From a virus, in the IMG/VR virus record IMGVR_UViG_3300012922_000002: a DNA stretch of 46,628 nt; one strand, 5' to 3'. The position numbers were made by a program, and so were the translations under genes. This document shows positions 6,553 through 15,706 of the stretch, piece by piece. A model generated the notes under the pieces. That model did no database searches. It saw only the letters and a program-made list of their open reading frames with translations, and was not told the DNA's origin. Every line of letters begins with the position of its first letter. The first letter of the stretch is position 1.

Positions 6553-8331
6553 ATGTCTCAAAACACAGCGGGAGCCGCTGCTATTATGGCTGAGCTAGGC
6601 TATTGGGTTTACCCGGTAACCGTCCGACTCGACGAGAAGGGTAAGAAGCGCCCGGAGTTTCCTGGGAGTTGGAAGAATTCTGTATGTTTCCCGATTGACA
6701 GCGACCCGGATGGCCCGGACTTCGACGAGTACGATGGCTTTATCGTAGACTGTGAGATGTCTAAAATCGTAGTCATCGATCTGGATTGGTCTGATTCCAA
6801 GTCTGGTGTAGCGAGTCTTAAAGCAGCAGGCATCGAGCTACCGCACACACCTATGCGGGTACGCACACAGTCAGGTGGTTTTCACGGCTACTACCGCCAG
6901 CCGGAGAAGCCAGTGGGCACGTATCAAGGTGTCCCTGTACAAGGCGTGGACATCCGTGGAGTCGGTGGGTGTGTGTTCGGACCTGAGACCGTGGTTTACA
7001 GCCCCGAGGGCGAACCTGTAGGGTTGTACGTAGCGGTTGAGGATGCGATTCCTGTCTCGGAACTCCCGGTATTGTCAGAAGCGTTTGTAGCGGCTATCGA
7101 CTCGGTGACTGTAGAAGTCGAGCGTGGCCCTTCGACGTTGGTACCGTATGTAGGCACATTGTCCACGTACCAAGACGAACTCTTGACCAAGTGGTACAAC
7201 GAAGATCTAGACGCTATTGTTAACGCGGGTGACGGCGAACGTCACCGGGTGCTTTTGTCCAAGGTCGGGAAGATCTTGGACCGAGGTATGAAGCTGGATA
7301 CTCAAAGCCTAGAAGGGATCATCCACGATATTCAGCAAGCGTATGAGGACTCCGGCGGTGACGAGTGGGAAGACAAGAAGCAGATTGTGGAATGGTCGCT
7401 GCTCAAGGTAGCAGCCGACCCGATGGGCGTCCCGCAAGAGCGTGTGCATGCTTCTGAGCTTGAGCGTGAAGCCAAGATCCGAGAAGAACAGACCAAGATC
7501 GAGATCCGTCGAGAAGCTAAGCGCAGGGCTGATGTAGGCTCCGAGCCGGTTGATACTGGCCGTGTACTGTCTTTCGATGAGCCCGAAGGAAGTCTTTATC
7601 ACCAGTCATGGGTTGAGGGGGTTCTCCCAAAAGGGGAGACGGTTATCCTTTTCGGCCAGAGGTACCACGGTAAGTCTGTATTCGGTCTAGATCTGGGATT
7701 GTCTGTAGCAGGGGGTGTCGATTGGCATGGACGAACAACCGAACAAGGTAACGTACTTTACCTCGCGGGTGAAGGTACCATCGGCCTACCGGCTCGTAGG
7801 CGAGCGTGGGTACAGCATCATGCAACAACCAACCCGGTTCAGCTGCAAATGCGAGATCGTGTTGTTCAACTCGGAAATCCCGGATCGGTAAAAGCGTTCA
7901 AAGAACTTGTGCTAGAGCACGAAATCGATTTGCTGATTATCGACACGCTACGGCGTGCTGCTCGTGGCCTGGATATAGCAGATCCGGGTGTTGCTCAGGA
8001 TATGGTGGAGATCGTTGATGACATCCGACGTACCCGACACGGTTGCACCGCGCTAGTACTCCACCACCCCACGAAGACCAACCCGACAGAGCCTGCTGGT
8101 GGTGGCACGCTTCAGGATGCTGTCTCAGTGATTCATTTCTTGGAAAAGGATGAATACAATGAGATGACTCTTACAACTACCAAAATGAAAGACGGTCCGG
8201 ATGGTGAGGTGGGCAGGTTTTATCTCACCGAGGTAGCAGGGTCTATTGCTTTGACCAAGGAAGCACCCCAGGCTGAATATTCCGGGCCTGAAGGTGACCC
8301 GTTCCAACGACGAAGGCACGAGGACGAATAG
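6553..8331 (+). CDS. bifunctional primase-polymerase (Prim-Pol) fused to RepA/RecA-like ATPase (592 aa)
   Basis: VVIDLDWSD (DxD) and SGGFHGYY Prim-Pol motifs. Walker A is GQRYHGKS and Walker B is LLIIDTL. Confidence 0.85.
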   Translation: MSQNTAGAAAIMAELGYWVYPVTVRLDEKGKKRPEFPGSWKNSVCFPIDSDPDGPDFDEYDGFIVDCEMSKIVVIDLDWSDSKSGVASLKAAGIELPHTPMRVRTQSGGFHGYYRQPEKPVGTYQGVPVQGVDIRGVGGCVFGPETVVYSPEGEPVGLYVAVEDAIPVSELPVLSEAFVAAIDSVTVEVERGPSTLVPYVGTLSTYQDELLTKWYNEDLDAIVNAGDGERHRVLLSKVGKILDRGMKLDTQSLEGIIHDIQQAYEDSGGDEWEDKKQIVEWSLLKVAADPMGVPQERVHASELEREAKIREEQTKIEIRREAKRRADVGSEPVDTGRVLSFDEPEGSLYHQSWVEGVLPKGETVILFGQRYHGKSVFGLDLGLSVAGGVDWHGRTTEQGNVLYLAGEGTIGLPARRRAWVQHHATTNPVQLQMRDRVVQLGNPGSVKAFKELVLEHEIDLLIIDTLRRAARGLDIADPGVAQDMVEIVDDIRRTRHGCTALVLHHPTKTNPTEPAGGGTLQDAVSVIHFLEKDEYNEMTLTTTKMKDGPDGEVGRFYLTEVAGSIALTKEAPQAEYSGPEGDPFQRRRHEDE

Positions 8332-8576
8332 TGGCTAACATCCTGCACACCACGGTTAAACTAGGCGAGAAGAGCTGGCATCATATCGCTAATGTTCTTA
8401 TCGAAGGCGAGTACCTCTCGGTAGAGCACATCGGTAAGAAGAACATCACCGCGCGTGCTTACCGTCGAGCTACCTCGTTTGACGACGGAGCTTATATCCT
8501 GGATCTAGTCGGGCTAGAGCTTCTCGACAAGCATGGCGAGAGGGTGGCTGTTTCTGCCAAGGCGGTAGGGTTCTGA
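8331..8576 (+). CDS. hypothetical protein (81 aa)
   Basis: GTG start overlapping the upstream stop (TAGTG). Confidence 0.7.
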   Translation: MANILHTTVKLGEKSWHHIANVLIEGEYLSVEHIGKKNITARAYRRATSFDDGAYILDLVGLELLDKHGERVAVSAKAVGF

Positions 8577-9004
8577 GCCGCCGTAAGAAGGCTAAGCCGG
8601 TCAAGTCGGTAGGAGGCTGCGTAGACTGCGAGCCCGGGTCTAAGAGGTTGTCCTACCGGCCTGGCCCACGCTGTGCTACACACCACCGCGCTAAGAAGAA
8701 TACTCAACGCACCGCAGCCCACGATACTCACGTGCTCAAGACGTACGGCATCACAGGCGATGAGTACTGGGCGATTTACGAAGCGCAGAACCGGGTGTGC
8801 TATATTTGTCAGAGAGCTACCGGCGCACGTAAGCGGTTGTCTGTAGACCACGATCACGCTACTGGTGAGGTCAGAGGGTTGCTCTGCACCACAGACAATC
8901 GGTATCTAGGTCACATCAGAGACAGCATCGAGACAGCGAAGCGAGTGGAATCGTATCTACGAAATCCCCCTGCTAGACGCATACTAGGAGGTAAAAATGG
9001 CTAG
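8573..9004 (+). CDS. recombination endonuclease VII (start uncertain; proposed CTG 8573)
   Basis: CYICQ...LSVDHDHATGEVRGLLC endo VII core. An N-terminal zinc ribbon (CVDC...RCATHH) is encoded upstream of the first canonical start (TTG 8648). The frame is open from 8483, and CTG (in a CTGA overlap) is the only start-like codon. Confidence 0.7.
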   Translation: MSRRKKAKPVKSVGGCVDCEPGSKRLSYRPGPRCATHHRAKKNTQRTAAHDTHVLKTYGITGDEYWAIYEAQNRVCYICQRATGARKRLSVDHDHATGEVRGLLCTTDNRYLGHIRDSIETAKRVESYLRNPPARRILGGKNG

Positions 9005-9350
9005 CCGTGTCTTGATCACAGGCTCTCGTGAGTGGGTGGACGAAGACAAAATGGTGCGCGCATTATCGCTGCTCCCGGAGCACATAGTGGAACTTGTCCA
9101 TGGGGGAGCACGAGGCGCGGATCTTATGGCGGAAAAACTGTGGACTTCGTGGCGAGGGTACCGGGCGCTACAGATCGTAGCAGAATGGGACACGCTTGGT
9201 AAAGCGGCTGGAGTGATTCGGAATCAGCATATGGTCGATCTCGGGGATTATGCAGTGTGTCTTGCTTTTCCCCTCGGGGAATCTCGTGGTACCCGGGATT
9301 GTATGGCTCGTGCCCGCAAAGCGGGTATTCTAGTTTTAGAGGTTACGTGA
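8997..9350 (+). CDS. SLOG-superfamily / DUF2493-like protein (117 aa)
   Basis: ITGSREW...VHGGARGADL...AGVIRNQHMV motif set. Strong AGGAGG RBS. Confidence 0.8.
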   Translation: MASRVLITGSREWVDEDKMVRALSLLPEHIVELVHGGARGADLMAEKLWTSWRGYRALQIVAEWDTLGKAAGVIRNQHMVDLGDYAVCLAFPLGESRGTRDCMARARKAGILVLEVT

Positions 9351-9375
9351 TTACCCTGGATACGCGGAGGAAGTG

Positions 9376-9573
9376 ATGGCGATCATCATCCCAGTTTGGA
9401 TCAAGTGGGGGAGTAAACAAGGACCACTCCGGTCATTTGGTACATTCACAGTCCCGGATGATTACGAGGGCGATGCCGCTCTAATCTTTGCCCGGCACCT
9501 TCGTAAGTGTGCTGAGCTAATGGAAACCGAAGTAGAAGTCAACTACTTCAAAAAGTCTTTGGAGGGTTTGTGA
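9376..9573 (+). CDS. hypothetical protein (65 aa)
   Basis: ATG with a GGAGGA RBS (track start is GTG 9373). Confidence 0.65.
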   Translation: MAIIIPVWIKWGSKQGPLRSFGTFTVPDDYEGDAALIFARHLRKCAELMETEVEVNYFKKSLEGL

Positions 9574-9746
9574 GCTACGAAATTCGTGAGTGGAGTGAAT
9601 ACGACCGTTCAGGGTTCGAAGTTGTCGACGCTGCCGGAGACCCGGTCATCCTGATCTCGGATGACTTCGAAACCCGTGAAGACGCTGAGTGGTTCCTGGA
9701 GTATCTCTGGCGAACCGGAGTACAGCCGGGAGAAGGCGAACTGTGA
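9570..9746 (+). CDS. hypothetical acidic small protein (58 aa)
   Basis: GTGA overlaps at both ends. VSYEIREWSEYDRSGFEVVDAAGDPVILISDDFETREDAEWFLEYLWRTGVQPGEGEL. Confidence 0.55.
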   Translation: MSYEIREWSEYDRSGFEVVDAAGDPVILISDDFETREDAEWFLEYLWRTGVQPGEGEL

Positions 9747-9922
9747 GCTATCAAGACGATCTTCTCCGAATCGATAAATTGTGCGAGTTTAGTGCGTCCG
9801 GAGACGGAGTCTCCGTAGTTCATGCGTTAATAAACGTGCTCACGGTAGCTTACTCAACCGGCAAAGAAGACATTATCGCAGCCGCGCATCTTGCGTTGTA
9901 TCCTCCTAAGGAGGAATCTTGA
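9743..9922 (+). CDS. hypothetical small protein (59 aa)
   Basis: GTGA overlap start. C-terminal part of track ORF 9689..9922. Confidence 0.55.
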   Translation: MSYQDDLLRIDKLCEFSASGDGVSVVHALINVLTVAYSTGKEDIIAAAHLALYPPKEES

Positions 9923-10662
9923 GGGTTCTTCTAATCGACATCGAGACTAAGCCGAACCTTGGTTATATCTGGTCATTGTGGAATCAGAATGTTAGCTTGA
10001 GCCAGCTAGTCGAAGCCAAGGATACTATCTGCTTCGGGTATGAATGGCTCGAAGGCAACGGCAAAGGATTCCATTCAGTGTGGGGCGAAGATGGTAAGCA
10101 GGGTATGGTTCAAGCTGCCTGGGATCTGCTGAACGAAGCGGACGCTGTTATCCATTACAACGGCTCCAGGTTCGATATGCCCCATCTTAACGCTTTGTTC
10201 TTCGAAGCGAAGATGGGTCCGCCGAGTCCGTATAAGAACATTGATTTGTTGTCTGTGGTTCGTAAGAAGTTTGGTCAGGGTATCCCTAGTAAGAAGCTGG
10301 CCTACGTCACTCAGTGGGCTGGTCTTACGACTAAGACGGATACCGGCGGTTTCGGATTGTGGATCGGGGTGATGAAAGACGATCCTAAAGCTCAGAAGAA
10401 AATGGAGCGGTATTGCCGGAATGATGTTAAGATCATGCGCCCGCTGTACTATCGTCTTCTGCCTTGGATCGACAACCACCCCAACCGGAATCTATACGAT
10501 GTCAAAACCGATGGTTGCCCGAAATGTGAGGGTGGCCCAGAGGACTTGGTAAAAGAAGGGTTCCGATACACTCAGACCGGGGCGTATCAGCAGTATTCTT
10601 GCCGCAGGTGCAAGGGTTGGTGCTCGGGCGGTAAGCGAAGTTACGGGAGCGACGTTCGATGA
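9919..10662 (+). CDS. RNase H-like (DnaQ-type) 3'-5' exonuclease with C-terminal zinc ribbon (247 aa)
   Basis: LIDIET ExoI-type motif. CPKC...CRRC near the C-terminus. TTG start in a TTGA overlap with AAGGAGG 5 nt upstream. Confidence 0.8.
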   Translation: MRVLLIDIETKPNLGYIWSLWNQNVSLSQLVEAKDTICFGYEWLEGNGKGFHSVWGEDGKQGMVQAAWDLLNEADAVIHYNGSRFDMPHLNALFFEAKMGPPSPYKNIDLLSVVRKKFGQGIPSKKLAYVTQWAGLTTKTDTGGFGLWIGVMKDDPKAQKKMERYCRNDVKIMRPLYYRLLPWIDNHPNRNLYDVKTDGCPKCEGGPEDLVKEGFRYTQTGAYQQYSCRRCKGWCSGGKRSYGSDVR

Positions 10663-10844
10663 CGGATGAAGAAATCCGCGATGCTATCCTGGATTATTTC
10701 CGGGTTGTTTTTCTGAACTTTGGAGGGGACTATCTAGACGAAACTCTAGAGGGGACGGAAGACGAAGACGATTACGATCGAGCGTGCGAGCTTATGACAG
10801 GAGCCACCCTGAATATCGAATGGTCAGGAGAAGTCAGTGACTGA
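10659..10844 (+). CDS. hypothetical acidic protein (61 aa)
   Basis: ATGA overlap. ORF track. Confidence 0.65.
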   Translation: MTDEEIRDAILDYFRVVFLNFGGDYLDETLEGTEDEDDYDRACELMTGATLNIEWSGEVSD

Positions 10845-11061
10845 GAAGCGTGTGTATCGTCTAGTGCTAGAGCCGGAAGACATCGATACCCGGATTGAAT
10901 ACGTAATCGAAGATGTAGAAAATGAAGAGGTTATACCCCTGGACGCTGAAGACGCATTCGATTGCGTGCTTAGTAATAACGAAGGCTACTACCTCAAATC
11001 GTTCGAGGTTATTAGCGAGTCGGAGATTCCGAAGAACGCCCGACCTTACGAGGGGGGGTAA
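10837..11061 (+). CDS. hypothetical acidic protein (74 aa)
   Basis: GTG start with an 8-nt overlap. ORF track. Confidence 0.6.
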   Translation: MTEKRVYRLVLEPEDIDTRIEYVIEDVENEEVIPLDAEDAFDCVLSNNEGYYLKSFEVISESEIPKNARPYEGG

Positions 11062-11063
11062 CA

Positions 11064-11663
11064 ATGATTGAGTTCGAAGGTTGGCCCAAGACTCCTCGGT
11101 TGAATAAAACTGTTGTTTATACCGAAAAGCTAGATGGTACGAATGCAGCAGTTGTCATCGAGGAGATCGATGACCCATCTATGTACGAATACGACGATAA
11201 GTACTATGATATCGGTGCTCAGTCCCGCAACCGTCTTATCACTCCGTCTGATGACAACCACGGTTTTGCTCGCTGGGTTTCTTCGAATGCTCAGGGGCTT
11301 ATCGCTACGCTTGGTCCCGGTCGCCACTTCGGTGAATGGTACGGTTCTGGTATTGGTCGTGGCTACGGGCTGACCAAGGGTGACAAGCGGTTCGCTTTGT
11401 TCAACACCGCTCGATGGTGGACTATTGAGAACCTGAACCGGGTTAGCGAGGTCCCCGGGCTAGAGTGCGTCACGGTTCTAGGTATCCAGCCTTTCTCTGT
11501 CGAGACGGCTAAGTTTTATGTCGAGGAACTTCGTCAGTTTGGGTCTGAGCATGTACCCGGCTTTATGCGTCCTGAAGGCGTATGCGTATTCCACACTGCT
11601 AGCCGCCAGGTGTACAAAACGTTCCTAGAGAATGACGAAGTCCCCAAGGGGCGTGACGGATGA
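11064..11663 (+). CDS. RNA ligase (covalent nucleotidyltransferase family, 199 aa)
   Basis: Motif I EKLDGTN, followed by GEWYG and PEGVCVFH. The size matches small stand-alone RNA ligases. Confidence 0.8.
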   Translation: MIEFEGWPKTPRLNKTVVYTEKLDGTNAAVVIEEIDDPSMYEYDDKYYDIGAQSRNRLITPSDDNHGFARWVSSNAQGLIATLGPGRHFGEWYGSGIGRGYGLTKGDKRFALFNTARWWTIENLNRVSEVPGLECVTVLGIQPFSVETAKFYVEELRQFGSEHVPGFMRPEGVCVFHTASRQVYKTFLENDEVPKGRDG

Positions 11664-12232
11664 CTGACTTCATGACTAGGGAGGTGGAACACAAGCCACG
11701 CCCGGGTGGAACCCCCAATGGAACCGTGGCTATTTCAGAATCTGTGATAGGTATCGTGGTAGAATCCCGACTGGGATCGTTTGTTGTCCAAGTAGACAAA
11801 GATGACTATCCCCCGCTGTCACCCTACCGGTGGTACGTTTATCAGAACGGGTATACCGAATACGCGAAGGCGGATTGCGTGGCAGACGGCCACAACAACT
11901 GTCGAGTGTATGCACACCGGTTAATTACCGGGTTTTCTGAAGTGGACCACGAAAACCATGACGGGCTGGATAATCGACGAGACAATCTTCGTCTTGCCAG
12001 CCGTTCGCAAAATATCGTGAACTGTCGTGTGCGCAGCCGCAATACGTCGGGGTATACAGGTGTTAGCTGGGATAAGAGACATAGAAAGTGGGAAGCTTAT
12101 TACAGCTCGAATAACAAAAAAGTGTCGCTAGGGCTGTTTTCAGAGATTCTAGACGCCGCTGAAGCGCGGTTTAAAGCGGTGACGAAAGAGTACGGGGAGT
12201 TTGCCCCTTCGGACGGAGTGCGAGATGACTGA
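11660..12232 (+). CDS. HNH homing endonuclease with AP2 DNA-binding domain (190 aa)
   Basis: DHENHDGLDNRRDNLRLASRSQN (HNH) and YTGVSWDKRHRKWEAYY (AP2). ATGA overlap. Confidence 0.85.
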   Translation: MTDFMTREVEHKPRPGGTPNGTVAISESVIGIVVESRLGSFVVQVDKDDYPPLSPYRWYVYQNGYTEYAKADCVADGHNNCRVYAHRLITGFSEVDHENHDGLDNRRDNLRLASRSQNIVNCRVRSRNTSGYTGVSWDKRHRKWEAYYSSNNKKVSLGLFSEILDAAEARFKAVTKEYGEFAPSDGVRDD

Positions 12233-12749
12233 CATGATGACCGAGGAGGTACGATTCGTGTGGTGGCTAGGTCCTAGTATCCGTTCCGCCGCTGAGGATG
12301 CGGTACTCAACTACCCGGGTGTTACTGACGCTGACACGCTCACAGCAGAGCTAACCCTGAGTATCCTGGACAAGAACCTAGCCGAGGAGATCGAAGCTCT
12401 CCCAGACCATCTCAGGCGCCGTAGGCTGGCTTCTACAGCGAAGAACCTGATCCTCACCGAGATTGCTGACTTCGAATACCGGACCGGGAACGTGATGTAT
12501 TCGGTCAGCCAAGTCAAGTATTTGTTGGAATCGGGGCTGTTGACTGGCGGGCGTACGCGTATCGCTCCCGAGGGTTCAGACCTGGATCTAGGCTGTCAGT
12601 ACCTTCAGCGTGTGCTCCCAGCCTACGCTCGTAGTATTGCTTCTAAATACGTATCCGGGGAGATACCGGGTGACCCCGGACTGTTAGCACGCGCTATCCA
12701 TGCGTTGACTGACTGCGTCAACAATCTCCATAAGAATAAGGTGGCTTAA
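12225..12749 (+). CDS. hypothetical protein (174 aa)
   Basis: ORF track frame. ATG 12225 overlaps the HNH stop by 8 nt (alternative start at 12201). Confidence 0.7.
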   Translation: MTDMMTEEVRFVWWLGPSIRSAAEDAVLNYPGVTDADTLTAELTLSILDKNLAEEIEALPDHLRRRRLASTAKNLILTEIADFEYRTGNVMYSVSQVKYLLESGLLTGGRTRIAPEGSDLDLGCQYLQRVLPAYARSIASKYVSGEIPGDPGLLARAIHALTDCVNNLHKNKVA

Positions 12750-13259
12750 ATGTCTACTGACCCATTTGCCAAGCGTACCCCGAAGAAAGAGGAGCCCGTG
12801 GCAGAAACCCCCGGAGTTACCGTTTCCCCTGTTGGTGAGATCAGCCTGAGTGGTAAGACTGGCCCTGGCTACGAAGCCGGGCTTATCAATCTGAGGGCTC
12901 CGACTGTCCGGGATGCTGCTGAGACTCTGGGTATCGATCCTGAGGGCAAGCTTCCTAACGTCTTGCTGGCAGAAGTTATCGCTAAGTGGAACGAAGTCCA
13001 TGTATTCGCTCAGGATCATTACCGCGAGACCAAGGGCGAGCCTGCTCCGTCTGCTAAGGCTGCTCCCGCTCAGCGTGGTAAGCCTGCCGGAGCTACTCAG
13101 GCTCCGGACTGGATGGGTCTCCCCCCATCGTGTGACCATGGTAAGAAGCGATACGTGACCAAGGTTGGTGCTAAGGGTCAGTGGCATGCTTGGGGATGCC
13201 CTGGTCCGAAGAACGACCAGTGCGAAGATGGTCTCGACTTTCAGAACGAACCGAAGTAG
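12750..13259 (+). CDS. hypothetical protein with C-terminal Cys/His cluster (169 aa)
   Basis: AAGGTGG RBS. C-terminal CDHGKKRY...HAWGCPGPKNDQC. Confidence 0.75.
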   Translation: MSTDPFAKRTPKKEEPVAETPGVTVSPVGEISLSGKTGPGYEAGLINLRAPTVRDAAETLGIDPEGKLPNVLLAEVIAKWNEVHVFAQDHYRETKGEPAPSAKAAPAQRGKPAGATQAPDWMGLPPSCDHGKKRYVTKVGAKGQWHAWGCPGPKNDQCEDGLDFQNEPK

Positions 13260-13265
13260 TCTAGT

Positions 13266-13300
13266 GAGTCGGGGTCCTTCGGGACCCCACTCTATTCGTT
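13266..13300 (+). terminator. intrinsic terminator
   Basis: GAGTCGGGGTCC-TTCG-GGACCCCACTC forms 11 bp with one bulge, followed by TATTCGTTT. Confidence 0.6.
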
Positions 13301-13313
13301 TGAGAGGAAAGTT

Positions 13314-13469
13314 ATGAGCATGACACAGCGCGTAGTCGACGAGTTGCGAGAGCTAGCGGACAAGGTCGGTATCGAAGCAAACCAGGCCACCCGAACAGGA
13401 CAAATGATCCGGCTAGAACGATACGCGAACCGCCTTCATGAACTTGCGGACGAATTGGGGGACGATTAA
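13314..13469 (+). CDS. hypothetical small protein (51 aa)
   Basis: GAGAGGAAA RBS. Helical, charged sequence. Confidence 0.6.
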   Translation: MSMTQRVVDELRELADKVGIEANQATRTGQMIRLERYANRLHELADELGDD

Positions 13470-13621
13470 TGGACCGATACGAAATTAGCTCCGATTACTT
13501 TGGTGGACCCATGGTTTTGGAAGATCGACAAGCTGGATACGAATTGGTGATGATTCTATCGAGCGGTGTCACTGTGGCGGATATTCTCCGGGAGATCGAA
13601 GCTTATGAACAGAGTTGGTGA
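13469..13621 (+). CDS. hypothetical small protein (50 aa)
   Basis: TAATG overlap start. Confidence 0.55.
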   Translation: MDRYEISSDYFGGPMVLEDRQAGYELVMILSSGVTVADILREIEAYEQSW

Positions 13622-13624
13622 ATA

Positions 13625-13801
13625 ATGATTAGTCTTATCGGCGTAGACGATATGGGGTATATCTACGTTGTTATCAACCATGAGCTTTACTTCGTACGGC
13701 CTCACAAAGGAACTCTGTGTAAAACCTCTGATTACGAAACCTGGGACGAAGTGGTAAAGTACGGTAACGGGCGTCTTCTGGAGATTGATACGGACTGGTG
13801 A
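13625..13801 (+). CDS. hypothetical small protein (58 aa)
   Basis: ATG 3 nt after the upstream stop. Ends 3 nt before the DNA polymerase start. Confidence 0.55.
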   Translation: MISLIGVDDMGYIYVVINHELYFVRPHKGTLCKTSDYETWDEVVKYGNGRLLEIDTDW

Positions 13802-13804
13802 GCT

Positions 13805-15706
13805 ATGGCTATTGAGTTCCCTGATTCTACGTTGTTCTTCGACGTGGAAACCCACACAATCGCTGAGCGCTACGCGCTTCCCGCGCGGGAGTACTTCCGT
13901 CTCGGCGGGTACTGTTGGGGTGAGTCTGACGACATTATTCTCACTGATGACTACGACGAGATGCTCCGTGTCATCCGCTCAGCAGATGTAGTCGTTGGAC
14001 ACAACATCCATGGATTCGACTTGTCGGTATTGTTTGGTGTCGAGTCTATCGAGCCGGTGTGGATGGCTCGTGAGGAACGAGTGTTTTGTACCCTGACCCA
14101 CGCTACGCTAGTCAACCCTGCGCCATACAACTACGTGAACCGTGCGGGGCGTACGCTGAAGTCCAACACCCCTGCTACCGCTCGTAAGTGGTTCTCTCTG
14201 GATAACCAAGCGTTTCAGCTTGGCGTCGAGGGCAAGTCTCACAAGTTCTCAGACCTCGCCGATCCGTTCGAATTCGAGTTCGTACCGAACATCTCTAAGA
14301 AGACTGGTAAGGTTCTCAAGACCGGAACCATGCGTAAACGGGAAGGGGTGTGTTGTGGAGCGGGTCATATCCCCCTAGACCACGAAGACTACCGCGAATA
14401 CCTTAAGCAGGATGTCAGGGCAACCCGCCACGTCGCCAGGGAATTACTCAAGCTCGGACCCTTGGACGACTACGCCTGGCGTACTCAGCTTGTGGCAGCC
14501 TGTGATTCTCAGATCTCTCGAAACGGTGTGGTCATCGATCAGGACCTAGTCAACGCCCGTATCGCTGAGCAAGACTACACCACGGCTACTGTGATCAATG
14601 AGCTGCATGACAAATACAACTTCCCTGTGAACGGGAAGAAAGCCATGTCATCGAAGCTTGGTAAAGAAGCTGTGCTCAAAGCCTTCGCTGATCTTGGTGT
14701 GCACACAAACGGGATGGATCGCACCGAGAATGGCGCGTTGTCTTTCTCTGGTGATTCTATCAAGAAAGCATGCGGCTACGTCAGGGGTAACGACGAATGG
14801 GTGCGTCCTGAGAAGGGGAATCAGGCAGCCCTGGACCTCGCTGAGGCCCTGGGTATTCTCGCCGGTACTAGGACACTCCCCCAGCTTACTAAACTATGTA
14901 CACACCCCGATGGCAAAGTACACCCGACGATTATGGCTCTCCAGCGATCCGGACGGAAGTCTACGACCGAGCCTGGCGTAACTATTTTCGATTCCAATCA
15001 CAAAGATTATTTCTTGTCAGATTCCGAACTCGAAGCGTGGATGTGCTACGATTATTCGAACGCGGACTCTCGTGTCGTCGCTGCTTTGTCCGGGGATCGT
15101 GAGTACGCGAAGAGACTGCTTCCGGGTGTGGACGGACACGTGATTTCGGCTATTGCTGCGTACGGCGAAGAAGTGTTCCAAACAGATCCCAAGCGCTACC
15201 GCAAGAACGCTAAGCCCCTGATCCACACTTGGGGCTACGGCGGCGGAGCTCAGACGATGTCTGAGAAGAACGATCTCCCGATGTCGGTGACCAAGAAGTT
15301 CGTGACTAGTTGTAACCGAATGTACCCCCGGGTAGTAGCCTGGCAAAACCGAGTGCGTGAGGAGGCTCGTAAGCTTGGCTACGTCCTCAACCCCTGGGGC
15401 CGTAAGATGCCCACCGAGAAGGGCAGGGAGCACACTCAGGCGCCCGCGTTGCAAGGCCAGGGCGGGACCACAGAGCTTCTCAACGATGCGTTGATCAAGT
15501 TACCAGATCGTAACCTGCGTCAGGTGAAGTTCACTGTGCACGATGAGTTGTGCGCTTCGATCCCGTATGCTACGTTGGAGCAAGACACCAAGATTTTCGT
15601 AGACGCGATGACCGGGGTCATCGATGTTCCTGGTGGACAACGCACTGATTTCCCGGTAGGCTACGGCCAGCCGGGCAGGAACTGGAAAACCGCCGAACAC
15701 TCGTGA
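13805..15706 (+). CDS. family A DNA polymerase with 3'-5' exonuclease domain and no 5'-3' exonuclease domain (633 aa)
   Basis: Exo motif FFDVETH. Motif A YDYSNADSRV, motif B RKNAKPLIHTWGYGGG, motif C TVHDEL. Confidence 0.9.
   Translation: MAIEFPDSTLFFDVETHTIAERYALPAREYFRLGGYCWGESDDIILTDDYDEMLRVIRSADVVVGHNIHGFDLSVLFGVESIEPVWMAREERVFCTLTHATLVNPAPYNYVNRAGRTLKSNTPATARKWFSLDNQAFQLGVEGKSHKFSDLADPFEFEFVPNISKKTGKVLKTGTMRKREGVCCGAGHIPLDHEDYREYLKQDVRATRHVARELLKLGPLDDYAWRTQLVAACDSQISRNGVVIDQDLVNARIAEQDYTTATVINELHDKYNFPVNGKKAMSSKLGKEAVLKAFADLGVHTNGMDRTENGALSFSGDSIKKACGYVRGNDEWVRPEKGNQAALDLAEALGILAGTRTLPQLTKLCTHPDGKVHPTIMALQRSGRKSTTEPGVTIFDSNHKDYFLSDSELEAWMCYDYSNADSRVVAALSGDREYAKRLLPGVDGHVISAIAAYGEEVFQTDPKRYRKNAKPLIHTWGYGGGAQTMSEKNDLPMSVTKKFVTSCNRMYPRVVAWQNRVREEARKLGYVLNPWGRKMPTEKGREHTQAPALQGQGGTTELLNDALIKLPDRNLRQVKFTVHDELCASIPYATLEQDTKIFVDAMTGVIDVPGGQRTDFPVGYGQPGRNWKTAEHS

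Noticed and set aside
12684-13187. 167-aa minus-strand ORF (likewise 16029..16430, 17117..17584 and 15017..15454).
   Set aside because: They are antisense to strongly supported plus-strand genes in an arm with no other minus-strand coding. They are shadow ORFs.
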